Assembly: GCA_043800255.1 (NCBI GenBank)
Contig: JAZDNF010000001.1
Span: 192,001 to 256,000, forward strand
Reading direction: 5' to 3'
DNA length: 64,000 bases
Source: Candidatus Altiarchaeota archaeon
GTDB taxonomy: Archaea; Altiarchaeota; Altiarchaeia; IMC4; SCGC-AAA252-I15
Shown here: in pieces, positions 28,912 through 38,772 of the stretch
Layout: every line of letters starts with the position of its first letter
How positions within the stretch are numbered: position 1 is the stretch's first letter
Position numbers and translations under genes: made by a program
Notes under the pieces: model-generated
Seen by the model: only the letters and a program-made list of their open reading frames with translations
Told to the model about the DNA's origin: nothing
Database searches by the model: none

Positions 28912-29940
28912 ATGAGGCTTGTGAAGCTAATACTCCTGTTCTACCTTCTGATAGTGGGCGTGCAGCTCTTCAGGAAGGCTGTTCTGGCTTCGGAATCTGA
29001 CATTATCAGCCACCTGAGCTTGAACCACAATGTGCTGAATTCTTTCGGGATTGCGTGGTTAGCCTCGAACCTGATATTAAACGGCAGCCCGGTGGCTGCA
29101 ATCGCTGTCGGATTGCACAGTTCCGGCATCATCAGTTCCTCTGTTGGCATCTCCGCGATACTAGGAAGCAGGGTCGGGGCGACTGCGATCGCCTTCCTGC
29201 TTGGAGGCCTATACTATATGCGGGGTAAGATGTTGAAGAGGAGCCTAAGCTCTCCGACGGTCATCCTCCTGATAACCCTGCTCATGTCTGCTGTCAGCTT
29301 GATTGTTGGTCTGCTGCTGGTCAGATCATCTGTCTTCATGAGCCAATCATATGTACGCATTGGTCATGATGGAATCGCTGAGCCATTGTTTTTCTCCCTC
29401 TTTGAGATGCTGTTCAGGCTGCTTGGCCCAGCCTATTCAATGGTTGCCAGCGTGCTTATCATCATCATCATCGCCGAACTCCTCGAGAAGACGCTCCTAC
29501 TGCCTGAAGACAAGAAGCAGATTATGAGCACCGGCGTGATAGACAAGATCGTGCACAGTCAGACTCTGTCGTTCCTGGCCGGGCTGGTTCTGACCGCGGT
29601 CTTCTTCACCGTTGCCGTCAGCTTCAGCCTCCTCATACCATTGCATGCCTCGAAGAGGATAACACGGGAGGAGATGATACCCTACATAATCGGGGCGAAC
29701 ATCGGCACATTCTCTGACACGGCCTTGATAGCGTTCTTTACCGGGAACGCGGAGACGGTTCTGCTGGTTCTAGCGTGCGTGGCCTCCAACATACTGGCTG
29801 CGATGCTGCTCCTGACGTGGGATAGTTTCCCGAAGAGGATTGTCGGATTGTCTGACATGATACTGGCCACCAGAGGCCGGACTGTTGCGTTCCTATTATC
29901 CCTCGTAATGCTGCCGGTCTCGCTTATGATGCTCTTCTAA
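28912..29940 (+). CDS. Na+/phosphate symporter family membrane protein
   Basis: Inverted-repeat motifs ILGSRVGAT and IIGANIGT; multi-TM. Confidence 0.7.
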   Translation: MRLVKLILLFYLLIVGVQLFRKAVLASESDIISHLSLNHNVLNSFGIAWLASNLILNGSPVAAIAVGLHSSGIISSSVGISAILGSRVGATAIAFLLGGLYYMRGKMLKRSLSSPTVILLITLLMSAVSLIVGLLLVRSSVFMSQSYVRIGHDGIAEPLFFSLFEMLFRLLGPAYSMVASVLIIIIIAELLEKTLLLPEDKKQIMSTGVIDKIVHSQTLSFLAGLVLTAVFFTVAVSFSLLIPLHASKRITREEMIPYIIGANIGTFSDTALIAFFTGNAETVLLVLACVASNILAAMLLLTWDSFPKRIVGLSDMILATRGRTVAFLLSLVMLPVSLMMLF

Positions 29941-30102
29941 CATTCAGAGCTTTTTTTGTCCTGCATACTATAACTTACACATCCTACAGCATACCCTTCA
30001 CTAGACTCATAGTTCAATATTAGGACACTGCAGGCAGAAAAGGTCGGAATTCGTTGGGATCTGGATTAACGGCGTTATTATTGTTTATTCTCATACCTTA
30101 AC

Positions 30103-31206
30103 ATGGTTGGCATGGGGTTCACAGGTTTATCTGAGCGGGGGAAAATCTACCTCATAGTGTTCCTCTTAGCTGGAGCGTGCGCTTTCATCTATTACTTCCA
30201 CGTCATAGTCGGCACGGAGACCGTGTTCACTCACCTGTTCTACATTCCAATCATCCTCGCGTCATTGTGGTGGGGTTGGTCTGGTCTGGCGGTGGCTTTC
30301 TTTTTGGCCGCTGTTCTGATCTTAAGCCATACTATCTTCAACCTTAACATCTCAATGTCCGCTGATTACCTCAGAGCCTTCATGTTCCTTGTGGTGGGGG
30401 CTTTCGTCGCCGTCTTGTCCAATCACATCCTAGCGTATGAGACTGAGCTTCGGAAGTCTCACGATTTTCTGGAGCTGAAAGTCAGGGAACGTACGAAGGA
30501 GTTGAGGCGCTCCAACGAGGAGCTTGAGAAATTTGCCAAGGTCGTGTCGCATGACCTGCAGCAGCCGCTAGCCACCATAAAAGGCTTTGTCGACATCCTG
30601 CTGCAGGATTATGAGGGGCTGCTCAACACAAAGGGCAATGATTATCTCAGGAGGATAGAGAATTCCACGGACCGGATGATTCTTCTGATAAACGGGCTGC
30701 TTAAGCTTTCCAGGGTCGGCAGGGACAATGTCGAGCTTTCCGAGGTTGACGTGAGCGACATCTTCAACAGTGTGAAGGATGACCTGAATTTTCTTATAGA
30801 GTCGCGGGGTGCTGTCCTAATCAACCACGGCCTTCCAGCCGTCGTCTGCCAGCGCGTATGGATCGAAGAGGTCTTCAAGAACCTGATAGTCAACGGCATC
30901 AAATTCAACCGCAGCAGCACTCCTACTGTTGAGGTCGGATTTTCGGAAAGCGGCGGCGAGTTTGAATTCTACGTCAGGGATAACGGCATAGGCATAGGGC
31001 GTAAGGACTGTGGCAGGATTTTCCAAGGTTTCGAGAGGCTCAACAATCGCAATGAATTTGACGGCGTCGGTTTGGGGTTGCATATTGTCCAGACTATCAT
31101 AGAGTACCATGGGGGGCATGTGTGGGTATCGGACAGCAGTCCTGGGAAGGGCACGACGTTCAAGTTCACAATCCCTAAGGGATTAGGAAGCAAAAATTTT
31201 AGTTGA
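30103..31206 (+). CDS. membrane sensor histidine kinase
   Basis: Four N-terminal TMs; H-box SHDLQQPL; N-box NLIVNGIKF; DNGIG; F.GF.R; G.GLGL. Confidence 0.95.
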   Translation: MVGMGFTGLSERGKIYLIVFLLAGACAFIYYFHVIVGTETVFTHLFYIPIILASLWWGWSGLAVAFFLAAVLILSHTIFNLNISMSADYLRAFMFLVVGAFVAVLSNHILAYETELRKSHDFLELKVRERTKELRRSNEELEKFAKVVSHDLQQPLATIKGFVDILLQDYEGLLNTKGNDYLRRIENSTDRMILLINGLLKLSRVGRDNVELSEVDVSDIFNSVKDDLNFLIESRGAVLINHGLPAVVCQRVWIEEVFKNLIVNGIKFNRSSTPTVEVGFSESGGEFEFYVRDNGIGIGRKDCGRIFQGFERLNNRNEFDGVGLGLHIVQTIIEYHGGHVWVSDSSPGKGTTFKFTIPKGLGSKNFS

Positions 31207-31237
31207 TTGTTGATTTTTTATCCCTAATCCGATGTTG

Positions 31238-31654
31238 CTATGCTAGTTCGAACCATAGGGCGACTAGGAGCGCCAGCCCTGAGAGCGCGAATATTACCAT
31301 GAAGTTCGCCCTCTCCTTCCAGTTGTCCTGGCTGCAGACTATCTCAGACAGCAGGGTATAGTCCTCTGTCGTCAGCTTCGATGATGCGAAAAGTTTGTCC
31401 TTCAGTCCTGTCTCCCGTATCACTTCAGATTTCTGTTTTAGTATCCTGTACTTGTATATGAAGAACAGCAGGAATCCTGTGACGCCAACGTACCACGAAA
31501 TTTTCGCGTACGATGGGCTGATGTTCCTGAGGGGCTCTATTATCCTCAGCGAGATTGTGGCTATGATGCCTATCAAAAAGAAAATCCAGGATGCGCTCGA
31601 GTCCCTGCACACATGCCGCATCCCGCAGGTCTCGCACACTGGTCTAGTCATCAT
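31238..31654 (-). CDS. hypothetical membrane protein
   Basis: CxxC..RHVC N-terminus, three TM helices. Confidence 0.7.
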   Translation of the reverse strand: MMTRPVCETCGMRHVCRDSSASWIFFLIGIIATISLRIIEPLRNISPSYAKISWYVGVTGFLLFFIYKYRILKQKSEVIRETGLKDKLFASSKLTTEDYTLLSEIVCSQDNWKERANFMVIFALSGLALLVALWFELA

Positions 31655-31675
31655 TAGATAATGGGCTAAGCTGGC

Positions 31676-31882
31676 AGAAAAACGCGATTTTTCTTTTTCC
31701 CATGCGTAATACTATCATGTTGAAGCAGAGGGGCGGGGGTCAGAGACGGGAGTTCCCGGATATTGTTGAGGGCGGGCATTTGGATCCTGTTTTGGCTTCT
31801 GAGGTGTTAGATACTATCGGCGATGCTGGCAGTCCTCCCATCGTATCAGACAGTCTGAGGCTTGTGAAGAGGCGCCTGACAG
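31676..31882 (+). repeat. diverged direct repeat, copy 1 (copy 2 at about 37431-37640)
   Basis: Shared GGAGTTCCCGGATATTGTTGA and an identical TCCTCCCATCGTATCAGACAGTCTGAGGCTTGTGAAGAGGC block. Confidence 0.9.
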
Positions 31883-32192
31883 GGAGAACGCGAAGGATGC
31901 TGTCGCAGACCTGAAAAGTGTCGCGAAAAGGCTGCTGGACGAGAAAAGCGCCAGGTACTCTGTCCGGGAGGGCAAACGGATATTGGTCACTGAGGAGGTT
32001 CCGGTTAGCGGACTGCTAAACAAGCTGAACGTCACTAACGCCAGGGTCGTTCTCGTGAACGGCGAAAACGTTCCCCAGAAGAGGAAGGTGGAAGGCATAG
32101 AAGGATCGTACAAGCTCGTAAGCGACAACTGGGACCGCTTCAAAATCAAGGCTGGAGACGATGTCGAGATAATAACGGAACCGAATACATGA
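31717..32192 (+). pseudogene. frameshifted gene: shared N-terminal leader plus ThiS/MoaD-like beta-grasp C-terminus
   Basis: 1-nt deletion at about 31873 relative to the paralog at 37474; restoring it gives one frame into VSGLLNKLNV..VVLVNGENVP...IKAGDDVEII; no C-terminal GG. Confidence 0.65.
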
Positions 32193-34397
32193 TTATCGTG
32201 GGGTTATTATCTGCCCCCTCTGCCTTCTGATGCCGGAGATTTCGAGCACCCTCTCAGATACCTGCCTGACCTTCTGGGGCGTTAAGAGTTCCGTCGGCGG
32301 GATGGAGCGGACAACCAACTCTTGGATGCGGCTTATCGCATTGCTTGTCTCTCCAAACTCGTCCTGTGTCAGAGGATGAATCCCATAATCGTGCAATGCC
32401 CTGATGTGGAGTCTGATTTTGTCATCTGGCGGCATTCTATCCATAACCCGGTCCGCAATATCCTCGATCGCAGGGTCCAAGTCGGCTGGGTCGATTTGAT
32501 ACCTCATCATCAGGCCCTTGAAGGAGTCCTTGAACATGTAGCCTGTGGTGTTCTCAGTGAGCCTGATTTTCAGCAGCTCATATATCCCAGAACCTACGCC
32601 GGCTTTTATCTTTTCCAGTCCAAGTTCGCCGCCCTCTGGATGATGTAAGAACGCCCTGTTCTGCGCTCTCATTTCATTAAAAGCATTCTCCGTCTCAACC
32701 GTATTTCGTGGGTCTATCAGTTCGATCTCAAATTTCCTGTCCCGCTGCCCTAGGACGTCGGTCCTGCCTATCCTCTTCAGTTCCTCTTCGACGAACATCA
32801 TAATAGGCTCCTGATAGAGTTCTCTTTCAGCTTCCATGATGGCCATCTGGATATGAGGCGATGGCATAACCTGATAGGCGTGAACCAGCAGAGTCAACGC
32901 CCTCGCCGTCTTATTCTTTTCCAGCGCCTTCATGGCGTTTGAGACAAGCTTCTCAGTAATTCTCGCGGCCTTCTCCATCTCTTCTTCCGTCTTTTCGCTC
33001 TTGGCTGTCATCTGCTGTGCCTCTTTTTCGTCTCTGACGCCTCTCAGCATTGGGACGAACCTGAACATGCCAGGCTTCTGCTCTCTCGTGTATCCTCCTT
33101 CACCTGTCCTCTCAAGCACCCACATGTTCAATGCCATGACCGAATTACCCATCGGCAATACCATCTTACCGCCGATTTTCAGCTGCCGCTCCAGTTCAGG
33201 TATGAAGTTTGTAGCGCCCGCAGTCACCATTATCCTGTCATACTGTTTTTCTGGGCCGTCCATCCCGTCCCCTGTTACCACTTCGATGTTATTGTACCCT
33301 AACCTCTTCAGCCTCTCTCTCGCCCGTTCGGCCAGCTCCGGCACCCTTTCATAAGTTACGACCTTCCCGTTGGGTCCGACAAGATGGGAGAGTACTGCAG
33401 CCTGGTATCCTGAGCCTGTGCCGATTTCCATCACAGTCTGCCCCTCTCTGGCGTCCAGCCAGTCGGTCATCCACCCGACGACATTCGGCGCTGATACGGT
33501 CTGGCCCTCCCCAATCTCCAATGGCGTGCGTGGATCGTATGCCATGTGCATGAGCTTCTCAGGAACGAACTCGTGCCTCGGGACCTTGCTTATGGCGTCC
33601 AAAACCCGTTCAGGTATTTTCGGGCCGTCCATCTGCTTCAGGGCTTTTATCATCCTTTCCATGTCGTCTTCAACCAGTAATTCGCCAGGCTCGATCCTGC
33701 GGCTGACCAGCACCTCAGGCCAGCCGAAGTATTTTGGAAGGTGCTCGGGGGCTTCGGGCTTCCGTTGGTAGAATTTCATGTATTTGTCGTCTTCGAGGCC
33801 GTCCGGGTCTCCCTCCGACTTCGCGGTCGTCACGTTGAATTCGTAGTGTTTTTTGAATTCCGCAAGCGTGACAGTCCTCCTCCAGTATGCATCAGCCAAT
33901 GGTGCGATGGCGTCTTCAGTCTGTTTTCCGGTTGCGCCTAACGGCAGCCTCTTTAGCGCGTCCTTGGAGAACGCGTTGAACGCCCTGTCATACACTCTCG
34001 TCTTCTCAGGGTCTACTGTCAGTCCTATGATTGCTTCCCTCATCTGCGGTGGGAGGACGTTTTCTATGACCTCTTGTGCCGGCTCGAACGATACCGCGGT
34101 TATCCTGTCAACGTCAACGTCAGACGGCTTGTGCTTCTCGAACACCTGCATTATCTGAGCCTGCGCTAAAGCAGCAGTATCCCCCGGCCTGATTCTATCT
34201 CTCTCAGGCACTATGCCCTCACTCACCGCCTTGGCATACCCCTGTTTGCTGACAGGAAGGTATACTCTGCCAAGATCCTGCCTTTCCCTCTCATCTCTGG
34301 CCTGGCTTGCGTCGCCGACAGTCCCCCTTATTTCAAGAGAATCCGGCAACAGACTGCCAAAATCATCCCCTCCGGGTCTTATCTTATCCTTCTGCAT
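32193..34397 (-). CDS. protein-L-isoaspartate O-methyltransferase domain embedded in a 734-aa protein
   Basis: VLDAISKVPRHEFVP, IGEGQTVSAP, EIGTGSGYQAAVL, YDRIMVTAGA, RFVPM; long unrelated N- and C-terminal extensions. Confidence 0.88.
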   Translation of the reverse strand: MQKDKIRPGGDDFGSLLPDSLEIRGTVGDASQARDERERQDLGRVYLPVSKQGYAKAVSEGIVPERDRIRPGDTAALAQAQIMQVFEKHKPSDVDVDRITAVSFEPAQEVIENVLPPQMREAIIGLTVDPEKTRVYDRAFNAFSKDALKRLPLGATGKQTEDAIAPLADAYWRRTVTLAEFKKHYEFNVTTAKSEGDPDGLEDDKYMKFYQRKPEAPEHLPKYFGWPEVLVSRRIEPGELLVEDDMERMIKALKQMDGPKIPERVLDAISKVPRHEFVPEKLMHMAYDPRTPLEIGEGQTVSAPNVVGWMTDWLDAREGQTVMEIGTGSGYQAAVLSHLVGPNGKVVTYERVPELAERARERLKRLGYNNIEVVTGDGMDGPEKQYDRIMVTAGATNFIPELERQLKIGGKMVLPMGNSVMALNMWVLERTGEGGYTREQKPGMFRFVPMLRGVRDEKEAQQMTAKSEKTEEEMEKAARITEKLVSNAMKALEKNKTARALTLLVHAYQVMPSPHIQMAIMEAERELYQEPIMMFVEEELKRIGRTDVLGQRDRKFEIELIDPRNTVETENAFNEMRAQNRAFLHHPEGGELGLEKIKAGVGSGIYELLKIRLTENTTGYMFKDSFKGLMMRYQIDPADLDPAIEDIADRVMDRMPPDDKIRLHIRALHDYGIHPLTQDEFGETSNAISRIQELVVRSIPPTELLTPQKVRQVSERVLEISGIRRQRGQIITPR

Positions 34398-34402
34398 TTT
34401 TT

Positions 34403-35434
34403 TTAGTCTTCGCCGCTCCTCTGCCGGAGTTTTTTTATCAGATACAACATTGCCTTGTCGTTCCGTTCCTGCTCTCCCTTCTCAAGTTCTCTTGACCCCC
34501 AGTCTATGTCCTGCTGGGGTGATACCCATTCGCCGGATTCGAAGGTTGCCGCCAGCTCGAGAGGTTCGATTCTGTCTCCTGTTCCAACTTCGGGGGCCTG
34601 TTTTTCCGCGTTCATGGTTTTCCTGATGTACTCCAGCAGCTCGGATGTCTTCCTGGCGTCTGAGGCGTCCAGCTTTTTTATCCTGTCCTTAAGCTCTCCT
34701 TTACTGCCTGCTGATAGCAGGTCAACCGTCTGCTTGATTCCTCTTTCGCACTCGTCTGCCATATTGTGCGATGATCCGACCACTATCTCAAAGTGCCTGC
34801 CGGGCGTCGGCCCAATATGCACTATCTTCTCCTCGTCCGGGATGATGATTCCTGATTTCATGTCTCCTGATGTCACTGCCATCTGTATGGCCAGCTTGTC
34901 TCTGATGCCCTTCAGCCTTTCCACCGCCTCGCTTGTGAGGCTTTCATCCTCTCTCGTTTTGAGCATGAAGAGGTTGCCATGCGCCGACCTGGCGACATAC
35001 AGTGAGTCGTTGTCGCTCCATGCTAGTTTCATGGGGTTGGTGTACTCTACAGCCTTCATGGCTGTGATCTCCCGGGGGTACACCTCGTCAGGGTCGTACA
35101 CGTGGGTGGCGTCATGCGTCACATCAGACTCGGACACTTTCCCGAAGAAGTCCTTTTGGTACTTGTACGCTTGCGGGACTCTCTTGACGTTGAGCTTTTT
35201 CAGACCCTCAGCAGTCTGCGTCACGATAATCCCCTCATCAGGGATTTCAAGTTTCTTCAAGTCTTTCCCAACATCCTCTGAACCGGTGACCTCCCATACG
35301 CCTGGGAACCTGTCATTATCCCAGAGCATCTTAACGGTTTCATCTTCTCTGAAGTATTTTGTCAGCTCCTTCTCCTCGAGCCCCTTATCGGTCCGCCTTA
35401 TGAGGTAGCTTTTGCCTTCCTTTAATCTCACCAT
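34403..35434 (-). CDS. hypothetical protein
   Basis: 343-aa charged ORF, 4-5 nt spacing to both neighbours (operon-like). Confidence 0.7.
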   Translation of the reverse strand: MVRLKEGKSYLIRRTDKGLEEKELTKYFREDETVKMLWDNDRFPGVWEVTGSEDVGKDLKKLEIPDEGIIVTQTAEGLKKLNVKRVPQAYKYQKDFFGKVSESDVTHDATHVYDPDEVYPREITAMKAVEYTNPMKLAWSDNDSLYVARSAHGNLFMLKTREDESLTSEAVERLKGIRDKLAIQMAVTSGDMKSGIIIPDEEKIVHIGPTPGRHFEIVVGSSHNMADECERGIKQTVDLLSAGSKGELKDRIKKLDASDARKTSELLEYIRKTMNAEKQAPEVGTGDRIEPLELAATFESGEWVSPQQDIDWGSRELEKGEQERNDKAMLYLIKKLRQRSGED

Positions 35435-35438
35435 TGTC

Positions 35439-37406
35439 CTACCTAGCCTTCAATAGCAGTTCCTCCATAGTTGTCGGCCTGCCGGAATCATACAACATTC
35501 CAACCTCTTCGTTTCCCCACTCGACCGTGAAATGGACTTTTCCGTCTCTGATTTTGGCTTTCACGTCGTTGATGCTGCTCGGCTCTGAAGGCGCTGCTAA
35601 TCTTCCGCCGACCATCTCCGAAATCTGCTGGCCTATGGCGTCTTTCGCGCCTGTGGAGCATGACGCCAGCACTATCGCAGGATTGTCTGTGAGGAATTTT
35701 CTGCTCTTCCTGACACCTGGGCCTGCAAGGTCTCCGATCAGTATCTGGTTCCAAGCCTTCCCGTTGGCCTTCTCATCGTCTGTCTCATCCTTTCTGTCCC
35801 CTTCCACTTCGCCGCCGCCCAGGTTTATGCTGGTCTCCGTGCCGTGCCCTCCGAGGATGAGGCCGCTCACCAGCCCGTATTTTTCCGTAATCCTGCTCAC
35901 CCGCTTCGCGAATTCGAATTTGCTCCCGACTTCGGTTATGATGACATTATGTCTCTTTGACAACTCATCGGTCCAGTGTTTGCTGTTCCCGTAGAATGCT
36001 CCGTTGTGGTCGTCTCTTGGGAGTGCTATCATAATCAGCGGCCGGTCGTCTTTCACCCCGATCCTGTCATACAATCTCACCAGGGTGTCCACAGTGTACC
36101 TGCCTGGAGCAGCTATCCCAAACTCCTTGTACAACGCCTTGGTCGCGCCCTTCCTCTTCGCCTCAAGCTTCTGAATCCTCTCTATGTTATCCATGTAGGC
36201 GTTCCCTGAACCCCCTTTTTTGCTCCTATACCACTCCTTTAACGCCAACTCAGGGTCTATTGCATCTCCAACTTCCCATTTCAGGTGCCTGATGAGCGGG
36301 TCCTTAGCGCCCGGAACCTCGTCCTGGCACTGCAATAACACGCCGGAGCCGTACAGTAAGCCCAGTGCATCTTCAAAGCCGTCCTCTATCCGCCGTACGT
36401 TCCTCCCCACAGTGTCAACGCACGCTTTCCTCAGCTTCGCCCACCCCGGTTCTTTCCTGTGGAGGACGATTGAGATGAAATCCAGGTTGCCTGTTAGCCT
36501 CTCATCATCCCATGTCCTGTTCAGGAACGGTAGGTTGTCTACAAGCCATCCCTCCAGTTTCGGGCTTTTAGGTTTGACTAGCTTGTTGATTGTGTTCTTT
36601 ATCCCATGAACAAGGTCATCTTGGTTTTTCTCGTCCTTGAACCCTTCCCCCATGACGTCCAAGACTTTCTGGATTTTTTTGTCATCGCATCCAAATGCTG
36701 CTGATACAATAGCCTCGGCGTATGAGCCTCCCTGGTCCATCCCCTTTTTTTGCAGCATCCCATCCCTCAGCATGTCCAGGTTTTTTATGAAGGTTTTCTG
36801 TATTCTCCCAGCCAATTTTTTGGGCACTGTTTTCTCATCACTGTTTAATGCTTTGCCAAGCAGGTAATCCAATGCGTCAACGCATGCCTCCTCGTTTTCT
36901 TTCACTTTCAGGCCGGCCTCCAACTGGTCCATATTTTTCACCAGAGCCTGTCTCGCTGCAGTGTAAACTGGAGCCCATTTTTTCTCGCCCCAGTGCTCAG
37001 ACCCGCTCAACTCACAAAGGCAGTATATGGCGTGCGTCCTGCTTGCATCATGTTTGAGTCCATCCCCCAGCAGCTCAATCGCATCCTTGCTTTTCCCAGG
37101 ATTCTTTTTCGCATATTCGTCGAGAACATAGGATACTCCGTACTCCAGTTTAGGGTCTCTCATAGCCTCCTTGAGCAGCGGGAACCCGACCTTTCCGCCG
37201 TCTTTTCGCAATAGTTTTGATATCTCCCCGACAGTTTCCAATCGCAGTTCCCTGTCTCCAAGCTGGGGGATAAGGTCTCTGAACATGCCTTCCAATGTTT
37301 TTTCAGTTGAGAACCAGAAGACCTTCTCAGGATTTATGAGTTTGGCAGGCTGCGGCAGCTCCCTCATGTCAGGCCCCGCCTTCACAGTCTGGAGCGTCTT
37401 AGGCAT
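35439..37406 (-). CDS. helical-repeat protein with C-terminal clan CD (caspase/C80/DUF4347-like) peptidase-like domain
   Basis: LILGGHG and AIVLASCSTG His/Cys dyad motifs; all-helical N-terminal region. Confidence 0.6.
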   Translation of the reverse strand: MPKTLQTVKAGPDMRELPQPAKLINPEKVFWFSTEKTLEGMFRDLIPQLGDRELRLETVGEISKLLRKDGGKVGFPLLKEAMRDPKLEYGVSYVLDEYAKKNPGKSKDAIELLGDGLKHDASRTHAIYCLCELSGSEHWGEKKWAPVYTAARQALVKNMDQLEAGLKVKENEEACVDALDYLLGKALNSDEKTVPKKLAGRIQKTFIKNLDMLRDGMLQKKGMDQGGSYAEAIVSAAFGCDDKKIQKVLDVMGEGFKDEKNQDDLVHGIKNTINKLVKPKSPKLEGWLVDNLPFLNRTWDDERLTGNLDFISIVLHRKEPGWAKLRKACVDTVGRNVRRIEDGFEDALGLLYGSGVLLQCQDEVPGAKDPLIRHLKWEVGDAIDPELALKEWYRSKKGGSGNAYMDNIERIQKLEAKRKGATKALYKEFGIAAPGRYTVDTLVRLYDRIGVKDDRPLIMIALPRDDHNGAFYGNSKHWTDELSKRHNVIITEVGSKFEFAKRVSRITEKYGLVSGLILGGHGTETSINLGGGEVEGDRKDETDDEKANGKAWNQILIGDLAGPGVRKSRKFLTDNPAIVLASCSTGAKDAIGQQISEMVGGRLAAPSEPSSINDVKAKIRDGKVHFTVEWGNEEVGMLYDSGRPTTMEELLLKAR

Positions 37407-37473
37407 GGTTAATATTACCGCAGTACATGAAGAAAAACGGTTATTTTTCTCTCTTCTGTGTTATACTAATATA

Positions 37474-38214
37474 ATGTTAAAGCAGCGTAGCGGAGGGCGG
37501 CGGCAGGAGTTCCCGGATATTGTTGAAGGAGGGCGTTTGGACCCTGCTCTGGTTTCTGAGGCATTGGAAGCTATCGGCGACTCAGGCAATCCTCCCATCG
37601 TATCAGACAGTCTGAGGCTTGTGAAGAGGCTGCCTGATAGTGGATTGGCTGTCAAGTACTCTATGGGAGAAATCAGGGAACCGGGGGCTGACATGTTCGG
37701 CAGGCATCTTAGGGCGCATCTGTTGGACAAATATTTTGTCCTCTCAGGCAAGTACAGGAGAGAGCATGTTCCAGAGCCGGCTGGTTTTTTCGATTCTGAG
37801 CTCTCCGGCAAGCCGGTTTCAGGTTACGCGTACCCCTTTACAGAAGGTAAGGCTAACTTTGACACCGTGTTCGTCGATTATGTCGATGGGAGGCGTGTTG
37901 ACTTTCACAGGACGGTCGACGAGTGGGGCGAGTTTCAGAACCTGATGAAAGATGCAGGCTTCGATTTCAGCTCCAGGAACTTCGACAAGGGCGCGTGGGC
38001 CGGCGGCGTCCCCTACTATGAGGATATCGTATATTTCGGCCGGCAGACGGAGGAGAAGTTCTCCAGTGAGTGGGCTGTGTTCGACTTCTGCAAAGACCAT
38101 GTGAGATTCTCAGAGCCCAAGTTCGACGAGTTCCTAGGAAAAAACGAAGCCGCCCTGCGGGAAAGGCTAGGAGACCGCGACTTCCAACGGCTTAAGCACC
38201 CAAAAAACCGTTAA
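37474..38214 (+). CDS. hypothetical protein: shared leader plus divergent kinase-like domain
   Basis: Start inferred from the paralogous repeat; LAVK, HVPEP, YPFTEG and AVFDF in kinase-like order. Confidence 0.55.
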   Translation: MLKQRSGGRRQEFPDIVEGGRLDPALVSEALEAIGDSGNPPIVSDSLRLVKRLPDSGLAVKYSMGEIREPGADMFGRHLRAHLLDKYFVLSGKYRREHVPEPAGFFDSELSGKPVSGYAYPFTEGKANFDTVFVDYVDGRRVDFHRTVDEWGEFQNLMKDAGFDFSSRNFDKGAWAGGVPYYEDIVYFGRQTEEKFSSEWAVFDFCKDHVRFSEPKFDEFLGKNEAALRERLGDRDFQRLKHPKNR

Positions 38215-38243
38215 CCTTTTTCTGCTCGGCGGGAAATAGGTAT

Positions 38244-38762
38244 ATGGTGAAAACATACGAGAACTTTCCGGTTTGGATGGTGCTGGTGACCAACGCAGTC
38301 GCACTGTCAGTCTACGCTTTGGGGGCGGCCATCCTCTACGGGTTCGGAACCGGGATTGTCGTACTATACCTGCTGTACTGCCTCTGGGTTGAGACCAGGG
38401 TTATGCGGATGAGCTGCGCATGCTGCTACTATTATGGGAAGACATGCGGCAGCGGGAAAGGCAGACTATGCGCCCTCCTATTCAAGAAATCCGACCCCAA
38501 AAGATTCCTAGAAAAGGATATAACCTTCAAAGACCTGCTCCCAGATTTCATGGTTTCCCTACTACCCCTTGTCGGGGGCTTGACGCTGCTGGCAGCAGGC
38601 TTCACCTGGAGCATCCTGGCGCTTATGACTGCGCTGGCGCTGCTCGCATTCCCCGGAAGCGCGGTAATGAGGGGCCGGATTATGTGCAAATATTGCAGGC
38701 AGAGGGAGATTGGCTGTCCAGCCCAGAAGCTCTTCCAGAAAAAAGAAGCAAACACTATCTGA
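38244..38762 (+). CDS. Cys-motif membrane protein
   Basis: Four TMs; CACCYYYGKTC and CKYC.QRE.GCP motifs. Confidence 0.75.
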   Translation: MVKTYENFPVWMVLVTNAVALSVYALGAAILYGFGTGIVVLYLLYCLWVETRVMRMSCACCYYYGKTCGSGKGRLCALLFKKSDPKRFLEKDITFKDLLPDFMVSLLPLVGGLTLLAAGFTWSILALMTALALLAFPGSAVMRGRIMCKYCRQREIGCPAQKLFQKKEANTI

Positions 38763-38772
38763 ACCAACTAAA

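Noticed and set aside
31983-32192. Functional SAMP/ThiS sulfur carrier
   Set aside because: No C-terminal Gly-Gly, and it appears to be the distal part of a frameshifted gene.
37171-37473. N-terminal extension of the 347-aa ORF
   Set aside because: It overlaps the opposite-strand 655-aa gene; the paralogous repeat places the start at ATG 37474.
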